Assembly (NCBI GenBank): GCA_963810725.1
Contig: CAWEOO010000006.1
Span: forward strand, 481 to 64,480
Source: an uncultured Chloroflexia bacterium
GTDB taxonomy: Bacteria > Chloroflexota > Limnocylindria > Limnocylindrales > CSP1-4
Direction of reading: 5' to 3'
Length of the DNA: 64,000 nt
Positions 29,746 to 40,106 of this stretch are shown in pieces. How positions within the stretch are numbered: the first letter of the stretch is position 1; the number at the start of each line of letters is the position of its first letter. The notes under the pieces were generated by a model. The model saw only the letters and a program-made list of their open reading frames with translations. It was not told where the DNA came from and searched no databases. The translations under genes were made by a program, and so were the position numbers.

Positions 29746-30966
29746 GTGAGCATCGTCGACGCCGCGCAGTACCTGTTCACGTCCGAGTCGGTGACCGAGG
29801 GGCACCCGGACAAGATGTGCGACCAGATCTCCGACGCGATCCTGGATCAGATCCTGCGCGACGATCCGGACGCCCGGGTCGCCTGCGAGACCGCGACCAC
29901 GACGGGGCTCGTGCTCGTGCTCGGCGAGATCACGACCCACACCTACCAGGATTTCCAGGCCATCGTCCGCGACACGGTCCGCGACATCGGCTACACCCGC
30001 GCCGACTACGGGTTCGACTACCAGACCTGCGGGACGCTGGTGTCCGTCAAGGGCCAGTCGCCGGACATCGCCCAGGGCGTCGATGCGGCGCTCGAGGTCC
30101 GCGACGACGCGGCCTCCGCCTTCGAGCTGGGCGCCGGCGACCAGGGGATGATGTTCGGGTTCGCCTGCCGCGAGACCCCGGAGCTCATGCCCCTGCCGAT
30201 CGCGCTGGCCCACCGCATGGCCCGTCGCCTCGCCGAGGTCCGCAAGTCCGGCCAGCTGCCGTACCTGCGGCCCGACGGCAAGACCCAGGTGACGGTCGAG
30301 TACGAGCACGGCGTGCCCAAGCGGGTCCGCACCGTGGTCGTGTCGGCCCAGCACGATCCGGATGTCCGCCCGGAGCGGCTTCGCTCGGACATCGTGGAGT
30401 CGGTGATCCTGCCGACGATCCAGCGCGAGCTGCGCGACACGGATCCGGTCATGCACGTGAACCCGACGGGACGGTTCGTCACCGGCGGCCCGATGGGCGA
30501 TGCCGGCCTGACCGGGCGCAAGATCATCGTCGACACGTACGGCGGGATGGCACGCCATGGCGGCGGCGCCTTCTCGGGCAAGGACCCGACGAAGGTCGAC
30601 CGCTCCGCCGCGTATGCCGCCCGCTGGGTCGCCAAGAACGTGGTCGCGGCGGGTCTCGCCGATCGCTTCGAGATCGAGGTCGCCTACGGGATCGGCATCG
30701 CCCGGCCGATCAGCTTCACGGTCGATTCGTTCGGGACGGGCAAGATCGACGACGCGGACATCCAGGCGCTGATCGAGCGCCATTTCGACATGCGTCCGGC
30801 GTCGATCATCGCGGCGCTCGACCTGCGCCGGCCGATCTACCGCCAGACGGCCGCGTACGGCCATTTCGGACGGCCGGACCTCGACCTGCCGTGGGAGCGG
30901 ACCGACAAGGCCGCCCTCCTGGCTGCGGACGCGGGCCTGCCGGAGCCGGCGGCCGTCAGCGCCTGA
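29746..30966 (+). CDS. metK: S-adenosylmethionine synthetase
   Basis: '[24 protein letters not shown]', '[12 protein letters not shown]' and '[19 protein letters not shown]'. GTG start at 29746. Confidence 0.95.
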   Translation: MSIVDAAQYLFTSESVTEGHPDKMCDQISDAILDQILRDDPDARVACETATTTGLVLVLGEITTHTYQDFQAIVRDTVRDIGYTRADYGFDYQTCGTLVSVKGQSPDIAQGVDAALEVRDDAASAFELGAGDQGMMFGFACRETPELMPLPIALAHRMARRLAEVRKSGQLPYLRPDGKTQVTVEYEHGVPKRVRTVVVSAQHDPDVRPERLRSDIVESVILPTIQRELRDTDPVMHVNPTGRFVTGGPMGDAGLTGRKIIVDTYGGMARHGGGAFSGKDPTKVDRSAAYAARWVAKNVVAAGLADRFEIEVAYGIGIARPISFTVDSFGTGKIDDADIQALIERHFDMRPASIIAALDLRRPIYRQTAAYGHFGRPDLDLPWERTDKAALLAADAGLPEPAAVSA

Positions 30967-30987
30967 CCCTCCGCAGGGTTTGGCTTT
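30965..30987 (+). terminator. Weak terminator-like hairpin with a U-rich tail after metK
   Basis: GACCCT-ccgc-AGGGTT is followed by TGGCTTTC and overlaps the metK stop. Confidence 0.3.
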
Positions 30988-31228
30988 CAGTCACGCCCAG
31001 CGACGAGTGGGGCCCCGGAACGACCGCAGACACCTCCGGCCAGCCTCGCCCACGGCCCGCGACCACCAGTCGCGTTCTGGCGACCAAGCGAGGGATGTGG
31101 GGTCCCACGGCCCGGCAACGTGACTGACCGTCGCGTCTGGCCGTCCTGCGCGCCCGGAGCGCGCTTCCCGGGCCTCAAAACGCGCGCACCAGTCGCGAGA
31201 CGGGGTGGGCGCGGCCCGGGTCGTGCCC

Positions 31229-31696
31229 TCAGCCCTCGGTGAATGCACGCACGGCGGCGTCGGCCGCCTGCTGGTCCTGCTCGGCATCGCCGCCGCTGAC
31301 GCCGACGGCCCCGACCAGGACGCCGTCGCGCTCGAGCGGCATGCCGCCGGCGAACACGATCGTCCGCCCGGCCGCGATCGAGTCGTAGCCGTAGAACTCG
31401 GTGCCGGGTTGGACGATCGGCGCGAGGTCGCGCGTCGGCATCCGGTTGACGAGCGCCGTGAACGCCTTGTCGCGTGCCAGCGTGACGCCCACGAGATCCG
31501 CCCCATCCATCCGCTCGAACGCCACGAGCTGATCGCCCGAGTCGACGACCGCACAGGTCATGGCCACCCCGAGCGTCCGGGCCTCGGTCTGTGCCGCCGC
31601 GATGACCGCCCTGGCCGCAGCGAGGGTCAGCCCGGCCGCCTGCGACGCCGTCGGCCCGCGCGACGTATCCACGTTGTCGAGGGGAAAGGCGTCCAC
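31229..31696 (-). CDS. GlcG/HbpS-like (DUF336) haem-binding protein
   Basis: 155 aa: 'LTLAAARAVIAAAQTEARTLGVAMTCAVVDSGDQLVAFERMDGA...GGMPL..DGVLVGAVGVSGG'. Confidence 0.8.
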   Translation of the reverse strand: MDAFPLDNVDTSRGPTASQAAGLTLAAARAVIAAAQTEARTLGVAMTCAVVDSGDQLVAFERMDGADLVGVTLARDKAFTALVNRMPTRDLAPIVQPGTEFYGYDSIAAGRTIVFAGGMPLERDGVLVGAVGVSGGDAEQDQQAADAAVRAFTEG

Positions 31697-31710
31697 CGCG
31701 GCGGCGCTCG

Positions 31711-32652
31711 CTACTTCGATTGGTCGGCGATCATCCCGGCCACGGACGTGTCGGTCTGGCCGCCGCCCCGCCGCCGTGTCAGGAGCTGGCCCACGAGCAG
31801 GACCGACAGTGTGATGAGCAGCATCAGCGCGGCGACCGCGTTCGTGGCCGGCGTCACGCCCCGCTTGATCTGACCGAAGACGAAGAGCGGGATGGTCGAC
31901 GTCCCCTGGCCGTTGACGAACGTCGTGATCAGGTAGTCATCGAAGGCGAACGTGAACGACAGCAGGAACCCGGCCACGATCGCCGGCAGTAGCTGCGGGA
32001 ACGTGATCTGCCAGAAGGTCCGCCAGGGCGTCCCGTACAGGTCGTACGAGGCCTCGACGTGCGTCCGGTCCATCCCCGACAGCCTCGCCCGGACGAGCAG
32101 CAGCACGAGACTGATGTTGAAGAGCGACAGGGCACTGACGATCGTGTGGAACCCGAACCCGATCTCGACCCCGGTCGCGCTGGTGATCACCCCGTCCCGC
32201 CCGATGGTGCTGGCGAAGAAGACGAGCGTGGCGAGCGCGATGACGAGCTCCGGGACGATGACGCTCACATAGGTCAGCGCATCGAACGGAAGCCGGAGCC
32301 ACTTCGGCAGCCGCTGCGTCCCGAGCGCCGCCATGGTTCCCACGATCGTGGCGATGCAGGCGGTCGATATCCCGACGATGAAGCTGTTCAGGAGGTAGCG
32401 TTGGATCTCCCGGCTGCCAAGAACGCTCTCGTACCAGCGCAGGCTGAAGCCGTCCCAGTTGGTGACCCGCCGTTCGGTCCCGTTGAAGCTGAAGACCACC
32501 ACGACGATGATCGGCAGGTAGAGGAAGGCGTAGGCGAGGATCGTGTGGCCGCGCAGCCAGGCCTCCACGACGGTCCCGACACGATCGACGCGCGCGGGAG
32601 ACCGTCCGCCGAGCGTTCGAGCGGCCGGGATCGGGACGGCGGGTGCACCCAT
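31711..32652 (-). CDS. potC: Spermidine/putrescine ABC transporter permease
   Basis: Binding-protein-dependent permease fold with EAA-like 'EASYDLYGTPWRTFWQITFPQLLP'. It lies downstream of potB. Confidence 0.8.
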   Translation of the reverse strand: MGAPAVPIPAARTLGGRSPARVDRVGTVVEAWLRGHTILAYAFLYLPIIVVVVFSFNGTERRVTNWDGFSLRWYESVLGSREIQRYLLNSFIVGISTACIATIVGTMAALGTQRLPKWLRLPFDALTYVSVIVPELVIALATLVFFASTIGRDGVITSATGVEIGFGFHTIVSALSLFNISLVLLLVRARLSGMDRTHVEASYDLYGTPWRTFWQITFPQLLPAIVAGFLLSFTFAFDDYLITTFVNGQGTSTIPLFVFGQIKRGVTPATNAVAALMLLITLSVLLVGQLLTRRRGGGQTDTSVAGMIADQSK

Positions 32653-32654
32653 GG

Positions 32655-33557
32655 CTAGACGACGCTCACGTCACGGGTCGCCCGGCCGCGGTTCGTGAAC
32701 CACAGGTAGAACGTGATCACGATCAGCATGATGAGGATGAGCCCGACTCCGAGCGCGGATCCAGCCGGCCAGTTGCGTGCCTCGAGGAAGCGCAGGAACA
32801 GGGCGTTGCCGATCGTGAAGACCTGGCCGTAGCCCAGGATCTGGGGGATCACGTACTCGCCCATCATCGGGATGAACACGAGGATGCTGCCGGTGATCAA
32901 CCCGGGCAGGGCGATGGGGAGGGTGACCTGCCGGAACGTAGCCCAGCGGGCCGCACCGAGATCCTTGGACGCCTCGACGAGCGTCCGGTCCATGCGCTCG
33001 AGCGTGACATACAACGGGAAGACCATCAGCGGCAGGTAGCCGTAGACCAGTCCGAGCAGGACCCCGAACTCCGTGCCCAGGATCCGGAAGGTGCGATTGC
33101 CCATGATGTCCTGGAAGAACCCGGCGAGGCCGTCTACGCCCAGGATCAGCAGCCACGCATACGTCCGGATGAGGAAGCTCGTCCAGAACGGGATGACGAG
33201 CAGGACGATGAGGAATGCCTTCCGGCGGGTCGCCCGGGTCGCGATGAAGTAGGCCAGGGGCAGCCCGACCACCAGGCACAGCAACGTCCCGATGGTGGCG
33301 AGCATGAGGCTGGTGATGAACGGATCCGGCCGCTGCAGCGCGGCGACGTAGTTGTCCAGGCTGAACCCTGGTTCGTAGCCGCCGGTCCGTGTCCGTCCCC
33401 CGAAGCTGAACAGCACGACGATCACGATCGGCATGACCAGCAGGATCAGGTACCACAGGGCGGCCGGCAGCACGAGCGCTCCCGTCAGGAGGCGGGAGCG
33501 CGTCATGCTGGGTTTGGGCACCGGCCGCCCCTTCACGGCCGGCGCCTCGCTCGTCAC
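32655..33557 (-). CDS. potB: Spermidine/putrescine ABC transporter permease
   Basis: 'EASKDLGAARWATFRQVTLPIALPG' and 6 TM helices. Confidence 0.8.
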   Translation of the reverse strand: MTSEAPAVKGRPVPKPSMTRSRLLTGALVLPAALWYLILLVMPIVIVVLFSFGGRTRTGGYEPGFSLDNYVAALQRPDPFITSLMLATIGTLLCLVVGLPLAYFIATRATRRKAFLIVLLVIPFWTSFLIRTYAWLLILGVDGLAGFFQDIMGNRTFRILGTEFGVLLGLVYGYLPLMVFPLYVTLERMDRTLVEASKDLGAARWATFRQVTLPIALPGLITGSILVFIPMMGEYVIPQILGYGQVFTIGNALFLRFLEARNWPAGSALGVGLILIMLIVITFYLWFTNRGRATRDVSVV

Positions 33558-33584
33558 GGCGGACTCAGGATTCGCGTGAGCGGC

Positions 33585-34850
33585 TCAGCCGCCGATGTTC
33601 GACTTGAACTCTTCCCAGATGGCGACCCGGTTCGGGTCGGTGGAGACGTCCTGTGCCCCCTCCAGCAGACCCGAGTCGAGAACCGCCTGCGGGACGAAGA
33701 CCGTCGGGTCGTCGAGGATCGCCTGCGGGACCAGCTTCATCGCCTCGTCGTTCGGCGTGGCATAGCGGTTGGTCTCGGTCTCCTTGGCCTGGATGGCTGG
33801 CTCGTGGATGAAGTTGAGGAAGGCATGGGCCGCTTCGGGATGGGGCGGGTCCTTGAAGATGACCCAGGTATCCATCCAGTAGAGCGTCCCGTCCTCCGGG
33901 ATCTGGTAGACGGTGTCCTTGGTCTCTTCTTCCTCAGCGAGATCGGCGATGCCGCCCGTCCAGACGAGGCCCATCACGGCCTCCTCGCTGGCGAGCTGGG
34001 CGTCGTAGGTGTCGGAGTTCAACGAGAGAACATGGGGTGCGAGGCCCATCAGCAGCCCGCGCGCCTGCTCGAGCTCGCCTGGATCCACCGAGTTGAGCGA
34101 GAAGCCCAGCGCCTTCAACGGTGCCACGAAGACATCACCGGGCGAATCCACGATGACGATCTGCTTGGAGTATTTCGGGGCCACCTCGAAGAACTGCTTC
34201 CAGGTCTTGACCTCTTCGGTGACGACCTTCGTCCGCAGTGCGATCCCGGTCGTGCCCCAGTCCTTGGGGAGGTGGTAGTCGTTGAGCTCGGCCTTATCGT
34301 CCTTGTAGAACTCCTGGAACTGCTTGTTGATCAAGGCCGCGTTCGGGATCTTGGTCCAGTCGAGCTTCTGGATGAAGTCGCCCTCCACCATCGCCTCGAC
34401 GAACTCGGCGGTCGGCGCACCGACATCGAACTGGCCGGTCGCTCCGCCCTGGAGCCGCGTCAGCAACTCCTCGTTCGACGCGTAGGTGTCGTACGTGAAG
34501 TCCGTCACCCCGAACCGCGTTTTGAACTCCTCGATGTTGTCCGGGTCGACGTAGTCGGCCCAGTTGAACATGTAGAGGGCCTCCTCGACGTCGACGGCCG
34601 CAGAGGCGACGGGCGATGCCGCCGTGGTGGGAGCCACGGACGCCGGGGCGACCGATGCCGGGGCACTCGGTGAAGCTCCGCTCGGGCCGCACGCGGCGAT
34701 GAATGCGCTCAGGCCAGCCATGCCGGTGCCGGCCAGGAACCCGCGCCGGTGCACTTTGGTCCGGGCCATCCGCCGGATCAACGCATCGAGCTCTCGGTCT
34801 CTGTCTGCCATGTCCGTCTTTCCTCCTCCCGGTCTCCCGGGTCGTACCAA
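33585..34850 (-). CDS. potD: Polyamine ABC transporter substrate-binding lipoprotein (PotD/PotF family, TAT signal)
   Basis: 'HRRGFLAGTGMAGLSAFIAACG' is a twin-arginine signal plus lipobox. 'MFNWADYV' is typical of PotD. The start could be an internal Met. Confidence 0.8.
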   Translation of the reverse strand: MVRPGRPGGGKTDMADRDRELDALIRRMARTKVHRRGFLAGTGMAGLSAFIAACGPSGASPSAPASVAPASVAPTTAASPVASAAVDVEEALYMFNWADYVDPDNIEEFKTRFGVTDFTYDTYASNEELLTRLQGGATGQFDVGAPTAEFVEAMVEGDFIQKLDWTKIPNAALINKQFQEFYKDDKAELNDYHLPKDWGTTGIALRTKVVTEEVKTWKQFFEVAPKYSKQIVIVDSPGDVFVAPLKALGFSLNSVDPGELEQARGLLMGLAPHVLSLNSDTYDAQLASEEAVMGLVWTGGIADLAEEEETKDTVYQIPEDGTLYWMDTWVIFKDPPHPEAAHAFLNFIHEPAIQAKETETNRYATPNDEAMKLVPQAILDDPTVFVPQAVLDSGLLEGAQDVSTDPNRVAIWEEFKSNIGG

Positions 34851-34853
34851 ACC

Positions 34854-36084
34854 TCAGCCCACCAGGACGAGGTTCGCCTCCTCATGCCAGCGCACGGAGA
34901 CCGGATCGCCCGGCCCCATCCCCTGGCTCGTGCTTGCCCCCAACTGGTTCTGTCGCCGCACGACCAGCTCCCCGGCCTGATCGGTCTGGACCCGGTACTC
35001 GGTCTGGTCTCCGAGGTAGGTTCCCTGGTTGATTCGTCCCCGGATGGTGGTCCAGCCTGAGCCGCCATGCATGGCGGCGGTGTCGGTGGCGTCGGCTGGC
35101 AGGTCGGTGGATCCGTCCGACCGCACGTCGAGATGCTCGGGGCGGATCGCGACCGTGACCTGACTATCGATCGCCGGATGGGCCGTGGGGTCCGTGATCA
35201 ACCCCGAGAGCCTGAGTCCGCCGTCGGTCTCGACGACCGCCCGACGCCTGGCCTCGTCCACCGAGGTCGACGCGACCCTTCAACGGGTTGGACGTGCCGA
35301 TGAAGTCGGCGACGAAGCGGTTCACGGGCCGCTCGTACAGGTCCGTCGGGTCGCCCTGTTGCTGGATCTTGCCGTCGCGCATGACCACGATGACGTCACT
35401 CATCGTGAGCGCCTCTTCCTGGTCATGGGTCACGTAGACGAAGGTGATCCCGACCTCGCGCTGGAGGGCCTTCAGCTCCAGCTGCATCTCCTTGCGCAGC
35501 TTGAGGTCGAGCGCGCCCAGCGGCTCGTCGAGCAGCAGGACCGTCGGATGGTTCACGAGCGCACGCGCGAGCGCGACTCGCTGCTGCTGCCCGCCCGACA
35601 TCTCCCACGTCCGGCGCTTGCCGTAGCCGGCGAGACGCACGAGGGCCAGGGCTTCCGTCACCCGGCGCTCCTCCTCGGCCTTGCCGACCTTGCGCTGGCG
35701 AAGCCCGTACCCGACGTTCTGGGCGACATTCATGTGCGGGAACAGCGCGTAGTGCTGGAAGACGGTGTTGACGTTGCGCTGGTAGGGCGGGACGCCGGCG
35801 ATCGGCTGGCCCGCCAGCAGGATCTCGCCCTCCGTCGGCTGCTCGAAGCCGGCGATCATCCGCAGGGTCGTGGTCTTGCCGCAGCCAGACGGCCCGAGCA
35901 GCGAGTAGAACGTACCGCGGGCGATCGAAAGGTCCATGGCGTCAACGGCCGTGACGGCCCCGAATCGCTTGGTCACGCCGATGATCTCGACGTCGGGGGC
36001 GGCCGCGCTCGCGGTGATCGGGGCGACGGACCCGGCGATCCCGCTCGTGGTCAGCGGAGCGTCAGAGGTCAGGGAGGCGGTCAA
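34854..36084 (-). pseudogene. potA: Polyamine ABC transporter ATPase with a frame break at ~35265
   Basis: Walker A 'GPSGCGKTT', signature '[15 protein letters not shown]' and Walker B '[11 protein letters not shown]'. The C-terminal TOBE-like part is in the frame of ORF 34854-35261. Confidence 0.85.
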
Positions 36085-36125
36085 CGGCGGTCCTCGCGCA
36101 TCGGTTCCGGTCGCTGATCAACATC

Positions 36126-36144
36126 CCTGTAGCCGTGCTACAGG
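36126..36144. promoter_or_regulatory. Perfect palindrome CCTGTAG-N5-CTACAGG (candidate operator)
   Basis: It lies in the potA/XRE divergent intergenic region, 42 nt upstream of the potA start. Confidence 0.4.
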
Positions 36145-36241
36145 ATCGCTGCATCGTAGGGGCGGGCCGAGCGCGCGTCAACGCGGCGTGCGTGCGAATC
36201 TCGCAGGCGAACGGGCGCGACCCGCGACGATGGACGGCGGA

Positions 36242-36261
36242 CCTGAACCTGATACTTCAGG
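36242..36261. promoter_or_regulatory. Palindrome CCTGAA-N8-TTCAGG (candidate operator)
   Basis: It shares the CCTGxA/TxCAGG half-sites of the 36126 palindrome and lies 40 nt upstream of the XRE gene start. Confidence 0.35.
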
Positions 36262-36300
36262 CGATTCGCAGCGGAACGCACCTGACCCGGAGGACGCCCG

Positions 36301-36500
36301 TGGTCACCGAGCTCCAGTTGGGGACCCGCATCCGCGCCCTGCGCCGGGCGCGTCGGCTGACCCTGCGCGACGTGGCCGAACGGGCCGGCGTGACCGAGAG
36401 CTTCCTCTCGCAGGTCGAGCGCGACGTGACGAGTCCATCGATCGCCACGGTCCACCGGATCGCCGGCGCGCTTGGGCTGTCGATCGCCCCCAGCATCTGA
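36301..36500 (+). CDS. Small XRE-family helix-turn-helix transcriptional regulator (HTH only, 66 aa)
   Basis: GGAGGA lies 6 nt before GTG 36301. 'LGTRIRALRRARRLTLRDVAERAGVTESFLSQVERDVTSPSIATVHRIAGALG'. Confidence 0.75.
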
Positions 36501-36522
36501 CCCGGTGCGCCCCCGCACCGGG
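36501..36522 (+). terminator. Hairpin CCCGGTGCG-cccc-CGCACCGGG directly after the XRE stop
   Basis: A perfect 9-bp stem starts 1 nt after TGA 36498-36500. There is no U-tract. Confidence 0.4.
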
Positions 36523-36612
36523 GCGGGACCATCGTGGCGGGTCTGCCGCGGACCATCGACCCGCATCGACCGGTGCCCTCGCCAGCGTAGGCTCGGTCGA
36601 TGAACGCCCGAC

Positions 36613-37487
36613 GTGACGGTCCTGCCCCGGATCCGCCGCTGGCTCCTGGCCGCCGCCCTCGGGACGTCGATGCTCGGGTCGATGCCGTGGGCCGTCGCCG
36701 CCGCCGAGGAGCCGTCCGCGACCCCGACCGCGACGACCGCCGAGCCGACCCCCGTGCCCACGGCGACGCCGGCCCCGACGGCGGCGCCGATCGCCACGCC
36801 CGACCTCACCCGACCCCGCGCCCCACACCGGCGCCGACACCACGTCCAGACGCTCGCGCCGCACCCCGACCCCGACCCCGACGCCCTCGACCCACGCCGC
36901 GCCGCACGCCGGTCATCACGAAGGTCAACCTGTACCGCTCGACGCGATGGTCCGCCAGTACACGAACTACTGGTGCGTGCCGGCGGCCACCCAATCGATG
37001 GTCAACCTGGTCCGCCGCACCAGCAACCGCGAGCTATCTCACCCAGAAGTTCTACTACAAGAGGATCCGCGAGCACAACCGCTACTACTACGCGACGCGC
37101 GGCAACGATCCGCAGGGTTGGGCGTGGGGCCTGCGCTACTTCTCGCAGGGGACCGCGATGTATGCCGCGCGGATGTTCACCAACAAGCAACAGGCGCTCG
37201 ATGCCATCGTCGCGTCGATCGCGAAGTACAAGGACCCGGTCGGCATCACCGTCAAGAACGGCACCCATGCCTGGGTCGTGCTGGGCTATCGCACCAGCCA
37301 CGACCCGATCGAACCGACGAAGAAGACGATCCTGGGCTTCTACGTCAGCGGGCCGCTGGGCTCGGCCGCCGACAAGTGGCCGTACGCGTATCTGACCGTC
37401 GCCCAGTTCAAGTCCTACTTCACCCGCTACCACGAGTGGCAGCGCAAGGTGATCTGGGAAGGCAAGTGGGTGATCATCGCCCAGTGA
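36613..37487 (+). pseudogene. Secreted papain-fold/C39-like cysteine peptidase-like protein with a Pro/Thr-rich linker and at least 3 frame breaks
   Basis: Signal 'RRWLLAAALGTSMLGSMPWAVAAA' and a PT-rich linker. 'QYTNYWCVPAATQSMVNL' provides a candidate Cys and 'GTHAWVVLGY' a candidate His. These parts are distributed over the frames of ORFs 36613, 36600 and 36947. Confidence 0.55.
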
Positions 37488-37540
37488 GGCCCGGTCGGGG
37501 CCGGCCCGCGACCCGCTCGCGGCGCTACGATGACCGCCAC

Positions 37541-38624
37541 ATGTACGCCGTCATCATGGCCGGCGGCGGTGGGACCCGACTCCATCCGCTGAGCCGGCCC
37601 GAGCGCCCGAAGCCCTTCCTGCCGCTGCTCGGCGACGAGTCCCTGCTCCAGGCCACGGAGCGGCGTCTGCGCCGGCTGACCGACGACATCACGGTCGTGA
37701 CCGAGAGTCGCTACGAGCGGCTGGTCCGCGACCAGCTCCCGGACGCCGCCCTGCTGCTCGAGCCGATGGGTCGCAACACCGCGGCCGCGATCGCTCTCGC
37801 GACGATCGCCCTCGACCGGCCGCCCGAGGACGTCATGCTCGTCGTGCCGGCGGATGCCCACATCGATCCCGCGCGCGAGGAGATCTACGCGCGACGTCCT
37901 CGCAGATCGCGGCCGACCATCTGGCGACCGGGGCGGCCTTCGACATCGAGGACCCGCTCGTGACGCTCGGCACGCAAGTCACTCGCCCAGCCACCGAATA
38001 TGGCTATCTGATCCCGGACCTCGACCGACGGCGCCGACATCGGGACCCAGCGGCCTGATCCGCGCCTACCGCCTTGAAGGCGTTCGAGGAGAAGCCGAGC
38101 CCGGAGCGCGCCGACGACCTTCTACGCCGAGGACGGGCGTCGCCTGGAATGCCGGCATCTTCCTGTGGCGCCGCCGCGCGATCACGGCGGCGCTCGGCCG
38201 CTACACGGGCCTCCTCCAGACGCTCGGGCCGATGATCGGCGCGCCGGCCATGCTCGAGCATGCCTATGAGGCGATCCAGCGCGCGGTCTCGATCGACTAC
38301 GCCGTCATGGAGAGCGCGGCCCGCAACGGGCAGGTCGCGATGGCCTCGATGGATGTCGGCTGGTCGGATCTCGGCTCGTGGTCGGCGTTGCTCGATGCGG
38401 TCGGCGCGCGCGGCGAGGGAGCCGTGGTCCAGGCCGGCGAGACCGTCGAGGTCGGCGACGAGGATCTCGTGGTCCGCCGCGTCGACGGGCGGCTCGGGGT
38501 CATCGCCCCACCGGAGCGCGGTAGCATGACGGCCACGCAGCCGATCGCGGTCCTGCGCGGATCGGCGCCGGACATCGGGCACATCCAGGCGCTCATCGAA
38601 CGCTGCTCGCAGGCGGGAGGCTGA
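37541..38624 (+). pseudogene. manC: Mannose-1-phosphate guanylyltransferase with several frame breaks at ~37890-38110
   Basis: 'MYAVIMAGGGGTRLHPLSRPERPKPFLPL', 'LVVPADAHI', 'PLVTLGTQVTRPATEYGYLIP' (third frame), 'WNAGIFLW' and 'SIDYAVME..VGWSDLGSW'. Confidence 0.8.
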
Positions 38625-40106
38625 TTGACCACGACGGCCGGAGGGGCGGCACCGACATCCATCATCTTCGGCACGGATGGCTGGCGGGCGAGGGTCGCGG
38701 ACGAGTTCACGTTCGACAACGTGCGTCGCTGCGCCGACGGCGTGGCCCAGTACGTCGTCGATCAGGGAGCGACGGAGCGCGGCGTCGTCGTCGCCTTCGA
38801 CCGGCGGTTCGCGTCGGAGCATTTCGCGGCGGCTGCGGCCGAGATCCTGCTCGCCCGCGGCATCCCGGTCGCCCTCGCGGTCCACGCGGTCCCGACCCAG
38901 ATGAGCTCGTACGAGGTCGTCCAGCGCGGCTCGGCGGCCGGGATCGTGATCACCGCCAGTCACAACCCATGGGTCGACAACGGTTTCAAGATCAAGGCCC
39001 CGAGCGGCGCCGCCGCCGGCCCGGAGATCCTCGCGGCGGTCGAGGCCCGGCTCGCGGTCAACGGCGACGAGCGGCTGGAGCGCCGGCCGCTGGCCGACGC
39101 GGAGGCGGCCGGCCTCGTCGAGCGGTTCGACCCGTTCGACGGCTACGAGGCGTTCGTTCGGCGGACCGTCGACCTCGATGCCCTGCGGGCGGCGGACCTC
39201 GACGTGCTCGTCGACCCGTTGTGGGGCTCCGGGTCGGGCTGGCTCAGCCGGCTGCTGGCCGGCGGCCGCATCCGCGTCCACGAGATCCACACCGAGCGGA
39301 ACCCGTACTTCGGCGGCGTCAACCCGGAACCGATCCGGCCGAACATCGATGAGGCGCTCGGCATGCTTGCGGGTGGGTCCTACGACTTCGGGCTCTTCCT
39401 CGACGGCGACGCCGACCGCGCCGGGGCCGCGGACGAGCGCGGGACGTTCATCCACCAGCTCGAGGTCACGGGGCTCTTGATGTACTACCTGGCCGAGCAC
39501 CGGGGCTGGCGCGATCCGGTCGTGGTCAGCGTCAACAACACGTCCATGGCCGCCCGCCTGGGTCAGCGCTACGGGATCGAGACCCACGAGACGCCGGTCG
39601 GGTTCAAATTCATCGGCCCCCGGATGATCGAGACCGGGGCGATGATGGGCGCCGAGGAATCGGGTGGCTTCGGCTTCGGGATGCACCTGCCTGAGCGCGA
39701 CGGGATCTACGCCGACCTGCTGCTGCTCGACCTGTTCATGCGCGAACGATCGGCCGGCCGCTGGCCGGTATCGGCGGCGCTCCATCATTTCCACGAGGTC
39801 GCCGGGCCGTCGTTCTACCGGCGCATCGATGTCCACGTGGACCGGGCCGAGTATCCAGAGGTCAAGCGACGGCTGCTCGTGGATCTGGCCGCGGACTCGC
39901 CCACGAAGCTATCCGGCGAACCGGTCGACCACACGGTCGCGCTGGATACCGGCGACGGATACAAGTTCTTCCTGACCGACGGCTCGTGGCTGCTGATCCG
40001 CGCGTCCGGCACGGAGCCGCTGGTACGCGTCTACACGGAGGCCACCTCCGGGGAGCTGCGGGACGAGCTGCTCGTCGCGGGCGAGGCGCTGGTGCGCGGG
40101 TCGTGA
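38625..40106 (+). CDS. Phosphomannomutase/phosphoglucomutase (alpha-D-phosphohexomutase)
   Basis: Active-site 'TASHNP', metal loop 'DGDADR' and 'GEESGG'. TTG start follows GGGAGG. Confidence 0.9.
   Translation: MTTTAGGAAPTSIIFGTDGWRARVADEFTFDNVRRCADGVAQYVVDQGATERGVVVAFDRRFASEHFAAAAAEILLARGIPVALAVHAVPTQMSSYEVVQRGSAAGIVITASHNPWVDNGFKIKAPSGAAAGPEILAAVEARLAVNGDERLERRPLADAEAAGLVERFDPFDGYEAFVRRTVDLDALRAADLDVLVDPLWGSGSGWLSRLLAGGRIRVHEIHTERNPYFGGVNPEPIRPNIDEALGMLAGGSYDFGLFLDGDADRAGAADERGTFIHQLEVTGLLMYYLAEHRGWRDPVVVSVNNTSMAARLGQRYGIETHETPVGFKFIGPRMIETGAMMGAEESGGFGFGMHLPERDGIYADLLLLDLFMRERSAGRWPVSAALHHFHEVAGPSFYRRIDVHVDRAEYPEVKRRLLVDLAADSPTKLSGEPVDHTVALDTGDGYKFFLTDGSWLLIRASGTEPLVRVYTEATSGELRDELLVAGEALVRGS

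Noticed and set aside
36690-36900. Repetitive CCGAC/CCCGA-rich DNA, also at 45120-45200 and 51120-51260, considered as tandem or CRISPR-like repeats.
   Set aside because: These stretches encode Pro/Thr/Ala-rich linkers of secreted lipoproteins. They have no regular repeat-spacer periodicity.
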